From an uncultured Verrucomicrobiae bacterium (GTDB taxonomy: Bacteria > Verrucomicrobiota > Verrucomicrobiia > Limisphaerales > JAFGQR01), in NCBI GenBank assembly GCA_963788655.1, contig CAWBHS010000076.1, forward strand, positions 154,729-218,728: a DNA stretch of 64,000 nt, given 5' to 3'. The notes beneath the pieces were generated by a model. The model worked only from the letters and a program-made list of their open reading frames with translations, searched no databases and was not told the DNA's origin. Both the position numbers and the translations under genes were made by a program. This document shows positions 57,194-64,000 of this stretch, one piece after another. Position 1 is the stretch's first letter. Each line of letters starts with the position of its first letter.

Positions 57194-57609
57194 GCACGCT
57201 GCCTCCAGAGCCCTTGGGCCAAGGCCAGAGCGGCGGCGCTGTCAGTTTGCGCCAGCCGCAGGGTCAGTTTCGCACCCTGGCGATCCTCCAGTTCCATGAC
57301 CCACTGCGAGTTAGGGCAGGCCGTCATCGGCACCTCGACAAACTCCGCAGCGATCGCGTCAGAACGAGGAGCTTGCGCAGCCGCAGTGGCCACCAGCCGG
57401 TGCTTGAGGGCGGTGTAATTGACCCTCAGAACCTGGGCGACCCGGCTCAGTCCATAACGTCGCGCCAACCTCACCATCGCTCGCCAGAGTGGTTCCGGGA
57501 TTGGTTCCCGATGTTTACGCCTCTGGCGCCAAGCGGTCAGGGCTGGTTGAACCCGCTCAATCGCGGCGGCAAATGTGGGATCCGATTTGGTGGTCGTCTT
57601 CGCTGTCAT
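57190..57609 (-). CDS. IS66 TnpA-like helix-turn-helix accessory protein
   Basis: WRQRRK..PIPEPLWRA.V.LARRYGLSRVAQVLRVNYTALK...FVEV; 4-nt overlap with tnpB. Confidence 0.75.
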   Translation of the reverse strand: MTAKTTTKSDPTFAAAIERVQPALTAWRQRRKHREPIPEPLWRAMVRLARRYGLSRVAQVLRVNYTALKHRLVATAAAQAPRSDAIAAEFVEVPMTACPNSQWVMELEDRQGAKLTLRLAQTDSAAALALAQGLWRQRA

Positions 57610-57672
57610 AATCTGGCGCGAAGACTACCGCGGCGGCCGAAACGCCGTCACACACACTTGCCGAAGCAACAC

Positions 57673-57921
57673 GATGTGCTGGCTACCGCTTACGTTAAAC
57701 CGGGAAAAATGTTGATTGCCCTCGCCAGTTGGGCGAAGGAGACAACAGCGGTTCATCTGCGTTATGATTGGTCGGCATTGGGATTGGATCCGAGTCGCGC
57801 CAGCCTGCGCGCTCCGGCTATCCCAGGTTTCCAGGAGGAACGCGAATTCAAATCCGATGCGGCAATCGCGGTGCCGCCCGGACGCGGTTGGTTGATCCTT
57901 CTCCAGGAACAATCGGAATAA
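57673..57921 (+). pseudogene. 3' remnant of a gene truncated at the IS end (resembles the C-terminus of DUF6067-type glycoside-hydrolase-like proteins)
   Basis: Starting right at the IR: DVLATAYVKPGKMLIALASWA...DWSALGLDP...APAIPGFQ...VPPGRGWLILL*. No start codon. Confidence 0.6.
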
Positions 57922-57940
57922 GACGTCAGGATTCCGCCGA

Positions 57941-59437
57941 TCAAGCCAGCACGTCCCGAATCACCATTCCGTGAACATCGGTCAGGCGGCGTTCGATGCC
58001 ATCGTGATAGTACGTCAGCCGTTCGTGGTTCAAACCCAGCAGGTGAAGAATGGTGGCGTGCAAATCGTAGATCGTGGTGACGTTTTCGACGGCTTGGTAG
58101 CCAAATTCATCGGTAGCTCCGTAACTGAAGCCGCGCTTCACACCCGCTCCGGCCAGCCAGACGGTAAATCCCTTCGGATTGTGGTCACGGCCACTGGCAC
58201 CTTTCTGGAAAGTAGGCATGCGGCCAAATTCGGTCACCCAGACCACCAGGGTCTGATCGAGCAGGCCGCGGGTCTTCAGATCCTTGAGCAACGCAGCGCA
58301 AGGCTGGTCGAGGATGGGGGCATGCACCGAGTATTGTTTCTTGAGCGTCTTGTGCCCATCCCAGTTGCCCACTCCTTCGCCCATGGCATAGGCGCCATTG
58401 AAGAGTTGCACGAAGCGGACCCCATGCTCGAGCAACCGCCGAGCAAAGAGACAGTTTCGCGCGAACCCGGCCTTGAGCAGATTGGCGTCGTTGATCCCGT
58501 AAAGCTCCTGCGTCGCCTGGCTCTCACGCGAAATATCTGCCACCTCCGGCGCGCTGAGTTGCATCCGGGCCGCCAGTTCGTAACTCGCAATGCGGGCACT
58601 CAGCTCGGTGTCACCCGGATGCCGCGCCAAGTGATGGTCATTGAGCAGTTTCAGAAAATCGCGCGTGGCCGTTTCAGTCGCGGGAGAAATCCCTTCGGGC
58701 CTCGCCAGGTTGGGAATCGGCTTGTCGGCACTGAACGCCGTGCCTTGAAAAACCGCGGGGAGGAACGCGCTGCTCCAATGGTTCGGTCCGACTTGCGGAA
58801 TGCCGCGCGGATCCGGGATGGCGACAAAAGCAGGTAGGTTTTCGTTTTCGGTTCCGAGCGCGTAGCTCACCCAGGATCCCATGCTGGGAAACCCATCGAA
58901 AATGAAGCCAGTGCTCATCTGGTTCTCCGCCGGCCCGTGGGTGTTGCTCTTGGCGGTCATCGAGTGGATGAAGCACATGTCGTCCGCCAGTTCGGCCAGG
59001 TTGGGCAGCATCTCGGAGATCATTTTCCCCGTCTGACCGCGGGGCTTGAATTCCCACAGCGGCTTGGTCAAGTTGCCGTTCTCACCCTGGAAAGTGATCA
59101 GCTTTTCCGCGCCCGGCATCGGTTGGCCGTCGCGTTTGAACAACTCCGGTTTGTAATCCCAAGTCTCCAGATGACTGCACGCACCCGAGCAAAAGATCAC
59201 GATTACTTGCCGGGCCTTGGGGGTGAAATGCGGCGGGCGCGCGGCATAGGGCCGTTCCGGCGACCACTGAGGGCGAATGGGCGAGGAGTCGGCCGCCAGG
59301 AGTTTCTGTTTCGCCAACAAGGCCGTGAGCGCAATGCCGCTCAAGCCGGTGCCGCCAAAGCGGAGAAAATCCCGGCGGTTCAGGAGCCAACGGCCAGCGT
59401 GGGAGAGGGAGGGAGGGGAATGGCGTTTGGAGTGCAT
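57941..59437 (-). CDS. DUF1501 domain protein with Tat-like signal
   Basis: [59 protein letters not shown] and [11 protein letters not shown] motifs. Confidence 0.93.
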   Translation of the reverse strand: MHSKRHSPPSLSHAGRWLLNRRDFLRFGGTGLSGIALTALLAKQKLLAADSSPIRPQWSPERPYAARPPHFTPKARQVIVIFCSGACSHLETWDYKPELFKRDGQPMPGAEKLITFQGENGNLTKPLWEFKPRGQTGKMISEMLPNLAELADDMCFIHSMTAKSNTHGPAENQMSTGFIFDGFPSMGSWVSYALGTENENLPAFVAIPDPRGIPQVGPNHWSSAFLPAVFQGTAFSADKPIPNLARPEGISPATETATRDFLKLLNDHHLARHPGDTELSARIASYELAARMQLSAPEVADISRESQATQELYGINDANLLKAGFARNCLFARRLLEHGVRFVQLFNGAYAMGEGVGNWDGHKTLKKQYSVHAPILDQPCAALLKDLKTRGLLDQTLVVWVTEFGRMPTFQKGASGRDHNPKGFTVWLAGAGVKRGFSYGATDEFGYQAVENVTTIYDLHATILHLLGLNHERLTYYHDGIERRLTDVHGMVIRDVLA

Positions 59438-59503
59438 GAGTGATGGAGGGTGAAAAGTGAAGCGTGAAGCGTGATTAGGGATTGGGGATGTGGTCGAGTG
59501 CTT

Positions 59504-62386
59504 TCAAAATAAATAGACCAATTCATTGGCATTAAAGAGGGCCCGGCAAAACGCCGGTAATCCATGTGCGCTGATCAACTTGGTTGCGGCCGAGAGTTCT
59601 TCCACATCGGGATGACGGTTGAACGCCAGACTGAAGGCCCGTTGCACCTCGCCGGAAGGATCCGGCCCGGCTTCCTTTCGAAGTCGTTCCGCCAGGAATC
59701 CCGCTTGTTGAGTGATGAAACGACTATTCATGAGGTTCAAGGCCTGCAACGGGGTAGTCGAGCGCGTGCGCTTGGGGGCGATCTGGCCGCCGTCCGGACA
59801 ATCAAACGCACCGAACACACCATCTGGACGCTGCCGGATGACCGTGGCATAAACCATTCGTCGCCATTCGGCGGGACCAAATTCCTGCTTCGGAACATAA
59901 ACTCGAACGTAATTGTCATTGGGCTCGAATACGCTAAAACCCGGCCCGTCCAGGCGGAGATCGAGCTTCCCGCTGACGGCCAAAATCAGATCACGAATCG
60001 GCTCGGCATCGAGGCGGCGCGGAGGAAACCGCCAGAGCAGTCGGGAGCCGGCGTCCACCGCCAGGCATTCCGGCCGGGAGGCGCTGGCCTGCCGATACGT
60101 TGCCGAATTGACGATCAACCGGTGCATGGCCTTGATGCTCCAGCCGCGCGCCATGAATTCGGCAGCCAGCCAATCGAGCAGTTCGGGATGTGTGGGCGCA
60201 GCGCCATTGGCGCCGAAGTCGCTCGGGGTGCTCACCAATCCCTGGCCAAAGTGGTATTGCCAAATCCGGTTCACCATAACCCGCGCCGTGAGGGGATTGG
60301 CCGGATCAATGATCCACCGCGCCAGCGCCAACCGGCGACGCTGGTCTTCGGTGAGCGAACCATTTTTCGCTTCCGGCTTGCCGACTTCGTATTTCACCGG
60401 AACCAAGCCCAGCGCACCGGGTTCTACCTCTTCGCGCTCCGCCATTGGATCGCCGCGATACAGGCGGTGCGTCGGCACCGGTTGCGCGTCGAACACGCCC
60501 GCATAAACCATCGGAGTCCGGCTCAATTCCGCAATGCGGGTCTCCTGCTTGGCTCGCGCCTCCAGCAGCTTGTTCGCCTGCCCGGCGGCTTCCGGAGCCA
60601 AGCCAGCAACGCCGACCGATGAATCCGGTTTGCGGTCCGCAACGTAAGGCTGCCGATCGGCCGAAGAAGCAACCAACCGCCAGTCGTTGGAGCCCTTGGC
60701 AACTTCAATGCGATATTCAATGGCCAGACGATCACGGTATTTCTGTTCCCGGTCGCGGCCCCAGACGACCCGGTCAATGGACACCAGCTTTGGAAACTCG
60801 AGTTCAACCCAACCCTGACCGCGCTCATTGGAAATCCAACTTCGGCTGTTGCCGTAGCGTCCGTCATTGAGGTGGTCAAGGCGGTGGAGATCTGAATTCG
60901 GAAACACGCTGGAAGCCCGTGCCTGGGTGCCGGCAGAGGCGAGCGCAATATTGCGCGGGGACGATTCAGTTGTGTACACCTCCAGTTCGTCGAGACACGG
61001 TTCGGCGCCGGTGGTCTTGCTGATGGTAAAGCGCAACCGCTTCGCCGAAGTCGCCGCAAATCGATCAATGTTCCTTCGCGGATCCACCGGTGCGCGCCTG
61101 GGTTCCTTCGCCGCCGGCATGGCCAGCGGTTCAAATTCAGCCAGCTTCGCGTCGATCACCGCCAATTGCCGGCGGCACTCGGCCAGTTCCTTGTCCTGGG
61201 CGGCGGCATCGGTCGTCTGCATTGGGCGATCACCATGTCGGACGCCTTCGAAAATCGCCTTCATCGTATAGTATTCGCGCTGCGGGATGGGATCGAATTT
61301 GTGATTGTGACAGCGGGCGCAGCCGACCGTCAGCCCGAGAAAGGTGCTGCTGGTAGTGCTGATGATGTCGTGCAGTTCGTTCGCGCGTTGGTTGGCGGTC
61401 AGAACCGGATCCGGACTTTTGACTTTATCATCCGGGCCGGCCACGAGGAATCCGGTGGCGGCGTCTTCACCCACAGCGTCGCCGGCCAGTTGTTCCAGGA
61501 CGAAACGATCGTAGGGTTTGTCGTCGTTGAAAGCGCGGATGACGTAGTCGCGATACGGCCAGGCATTGGGCCGTGGCAGGTTCATTTCGAAGCCGGTGGT
61601 TTCGGCGAAGCGCACGATATCCAGCCAATGCCGGGCCCAGCGCTCACCGTAATGAGGTGAGCTCAGCAACCGCTCGACAAGCTGCTCATAAGCATCGGGG
61701 CTGGCATCCGTTTGAAACGCCTCGACTTGCTCCGGCGTCGGCGGCAATCCCAGCAGATCAAAGTAAAGCCGCCGGATCAAGGTACGCCGGTCTGCTTCGG
61801 GAGACGGCGCCAGTTGCTTCCCGGCCAAAGTCGCTCCTATGAATCGATCAATCTCGTCGCGTCCCGGATAAACCGAATAAGGCACAGGACCCCGCGTTAC
61901 CGGTTGGAACGCCCAATGGCGTTTCTCGGGCAACCCGGCGGCTTCCGCCTCCGGCCAGGGCGCACCCTGGTCAATCCAAGCCCGGAGCAGTCCAATACTT
62001 TCCGCGCTCAAGGGCTGCCCTCTCGGCGGCATGCGCATGTCCTCCACGAGTCCCGCGACCAATTGAATGAGCGGACTCTCCGCACTGTGGCCTGGCTTGA
62101 TCGCCGGGTGGTAATTGTCGCCTCCTTTCAAGGCAATGTCCTTGCGATCCAAGCGAAAGCCACTGCGCTGCTTGTCCGGCCCGTGACATTTGTAGCAGTT
62201 CGCCGCGAAAATGGGTTGAATGTCCTTGGCGAAATCAACCGTGTGCGCCGCCGGGGCGGGTAGCGGGCTGAGCTCGCCCGCGGGACACAACGTCACCCCG
62301 GGAAGAAACGCGATCAATGGTAGCCAGCAAGTGCGGGCGAACAATCTCGTCGCAACCTGGACACAAGACCGCTTGTCTGCTGTCAT
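59504..62386 (-). CDS. Planctomycete cytochrome C + DUF1549 + F5/8-type-C-like + DUF1553 protein
   Basis: CYKCHG, YGERWARHWLD, CARCHNHKFDP, discoidin-like HLNDGRYGNSRSWIS, NPLTARVMVNRIW and PLQAL. Start 62386 or 62410. Confidence 0.92.
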   Translation of the reverse strand: MTADKRSCVQVATRLFARTCWLPLIAFLPGVTLCPAGELSPLPAPAAHTVDFAKDIQPIFAANCYKCHGPDKQRSGFRLDRKDIALKGGDNYHPAIKPGHSAESPLIQLVAGLVEDMRMPPRGQPLSAESIGLLRAWIDQGAPWPEAEAAGLPEKRHWAFQPVTRGPVPYSVYPGRDEIDRFIGATLAGKQLAPSPEADRRTLIRRLYFDLLGLPPTPEQVEAFQTDASPDAYEQLVERLLSSPHYGERWARHWLDIVRFAETTGFEMNLPRPNAWPYRDYVIRAFNDDKPYDRFVLEQLAGDAVGEDAATGFLVAGPDDKVKSPDPVLTANQRANELHDIISTTSSTFLGLTVGCARCHNHKFDPIPQREYYTMKAIFEGVRHGDRPMQTTDAAAQDKELAECRRQLAVIDAKLAEFEPLAMPAAKEPRRAPVDPRRNIDRFAATSAKRLRFTISKTTGAEPCLDELEVYTTESSPRNIALASAGTQARASSVFPNSDLHRLDHLNDGRYGNSRSWISNERGQGWVELEFPKLVSIDRVVWGRDREQKYRDRLAIEYRIEVAKGSNDWRLVASSADRQPYVADRKPDSSVGVAGLAPEAAGQANKLLEARAKQETRIAELSRTPMVYAGVFDAQPVPTHRLYRGDPMAEREEVEPGALGLVPVKYEVGKPEAKNGSLTEDQRRRLALARWIIDPANPLTARVMVNRIWQYHFGQGLVSTPSDFGANGAAPTHPELLDWLAAEFMARGWSIKAMHRLIVNSATYRQASASRPECLAVDAGSRLLWRFPPRRLDAEPIRDLILAVSGKLDLRLDGPGFSVFEPNDNYVRVYVPKQEFGPAEWRRMVYATVIRQRPDGVFGAFDCPDGGQIAPKRTRSTTPLQALNLMNSRFITQQAGFLAERLRKEAGPDPSGEVQRAFSLAFNRHPDVEELSAATKLISAHGLPAFCRALFNANELVYLF

Positions 62387-62648
62387 AAAGTAATTTTCTA
62401 TGTTATGCATGCTTATGTATTCTGCGGCGAAGTATCCCTTTTTGGCCGCAGGCCTTTATGGATTTTGGTCAACCGTCTCTAAAGGGCCGAATGATTACAC
62501 TGCTTTTCCCCTTCGCCGGGGATACGTAAAACGTGTGGCCACGTTCGCGTATCATAATACTGTATACACTTTGCGTAAGGGCTCCAGCCCTGACAAGCAT
62601 GAAGTTGGTTCTGGTTCCACCATGGTCCAAACGTGTCTCCTGCCCAGC

Positions 62649-64000
62649 CTACCAGGACGGTTCCATTTTGATGGCCGGCAGCGTTTTGGGCAGTCCTGGG
62701 TCCGGCGCATAAATTTCAAACTCATCCACGCCGGCAGCCGGCATATTCGGAGTCTTCGGTGCCACCGTCACTTTGACAAACATCGCTCTGACGGCGGGAA
62801 CCTCAATGTCCACGGTCGAGCTTGGGGCATAATTCTTGACCGACGAAAGGTGAGGATTGTCGAACACGTCTTGCCACTGCCGACCGTCGAGGGAGACTTC
62901 GATTTGCAAGTGTTCCACTGCCCGGTCGTGGTATTGCCCGGTGCGGTCGCGGCCGAACTTGAAGCATCCGATGGTGGCCGGTGCGGCCAATTCGATTTGA
63001 AACGAGGCCGGCGAGCGGTTCGCGATCCAGCAACTGGTGTTGCCGTAGCGACCATCGTTCACTCCGATGGCTTTGTGTTTGGGATCGGGATATTCCGACG
63101 AAGCGGTGGCCGGTTTGGCGCCGTTGCCGACATAAGCCAGATTGTCCGGGCCGTTCGGTTCTTCAGCGGAAACTTTCAGTGTCGGAAATGGAGTGCCCCG
63201 CCGAGCCAGCATTCGGCGCACACCCGCCAAGGGCATGGTCGCGCTGGCCAGGTAGTTCATGACCGCCAAGTGCGACCCAAAAATCCATTCACTGATGCCG
63301 CGTTCTCGAAAATCATTGACCATGTCGATCACGGTTTGATCCGCCAGTTTGGGATCGACCAAGTCCAGCGTATTGACAAACCAGCCGGTCGCCGTGGCCC
63401 AGTAGCCGCCGTTTTGGTAGGCATCCTTGGGACCAGCGGCTTCCCAATAAACGCCTCCCGGCAAATGGCGAATTTGCCCGCGTTGGACGATTTCGCCGTA
63501 GTGTTCCTTAAAATATTTCGCAATGGTCCGGGCTTGTTCCGGGGTGGCGACCGCAAGGTAAACCGCAAAAGCCGAACCCCAGACATCCGGTTGCCGGCAT
63601 TGAATCGTGGCCGCACGGAACAATCCAATCTGGCCGTCCCAGAAGGTTTCGCGAATCGCCGCTTCGAGCCGGCGACCCTCGCTCCGCCATTGGGCGGCCT
63701 CCGTGGGACGTTGGATTGCTTCCAGCAGGTCGGCCAATTGCCGGCACGCCTGCACATAGAGCAGTGAACAAAACAAGATGTCGCCTTGCTTGCGGACGGT
63801 ATCAGTGAATCCGTAAGGACATCGGTCCCAACCGCCGGGTTTGATGTGGACGAGGCCAGTCTGGGGATTGCGGGCACGGCCTTCATGGTCTGGACGAGCC
63901 GGTCAATGATTTCGCGGAGGAGGCCAATATCTTTGGTTTGCTGCCAGGTGTACCACGCCACTTCCACGGTGAATTGGGAACCGTCGGCCACCGGGTTGGC
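62649..64000 (-). CDS. Glycoside hydrolase-like (alpha/alpha barrel) protein with C-terminal F5/8-type-C-like domain; 5' end outside the window, frameshift near 63870
   Basis: ADGSQFTVEVAW joins YGFTDTVRKQGDILFCSLL...PDVWGSAFAVYL...YQNGGYW; C-terminal NDGRYGNTSCWI discoidin-like module. Confidence 0.7.

Larger units (their letters stand above)
54173..57672 (-). mobile_element. IS66-family-like element, 3500 bp, four genes (tnpA-like, tnpB, DUF4338, tnpC)
   Basis: Perfect 16-bp terminal inverted repeats GTGTTGCTTCGGCAAG (54173-54188) and CTTGCCGAAGCAACAC (57657-57672) enclose all four ORFs. No perfect 8-bp target duplication (gatgcaac vs gatgtgct). Confidence 0.9.

Overview
GC-rich bacterial DNA. 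Two DUF1549/DUF1553 + DUF1501 gene pairs suggest a PVC-superphylum organism, probably Verrucomicrobiota (inference). About 1-30 kb is a minus-strand chemosensory region: a PAS/heme-c hybrid kinase and NarL-type regulator, then an operon of atypical MCP, STAS, cheY, cheA, MCP, cheW, RR, cheR and cheB, then cheW and a tandem array of four HAMP-less MCPs. It is interrupted by an attenuator-controlled ilvB and a membrane-fused spermidine-synthase-like gene. About 30-33 kb holds an ECF sigma factor, a DNA methyltransferase and a PD-(D/E)xK nuclease-like gene with an apparent signal peptide. The rest encodes transporters, secreted hydrolases and a 3.5-kb four-gene IS66-like element that carries a DUF4338 (DruA-like) gene between tnpB and tnpC. 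Intergenic spaces contain several REP/REPIN-like repeat families, heptamer tandem tracts, and remnants of a RAYT transposase and a PIN toxin. Many genes have single-base frameshifts, very dense in ilvB and cheA, that look like long-read consensus errors. All family assignments come from motif recognition by eye, not database searches.
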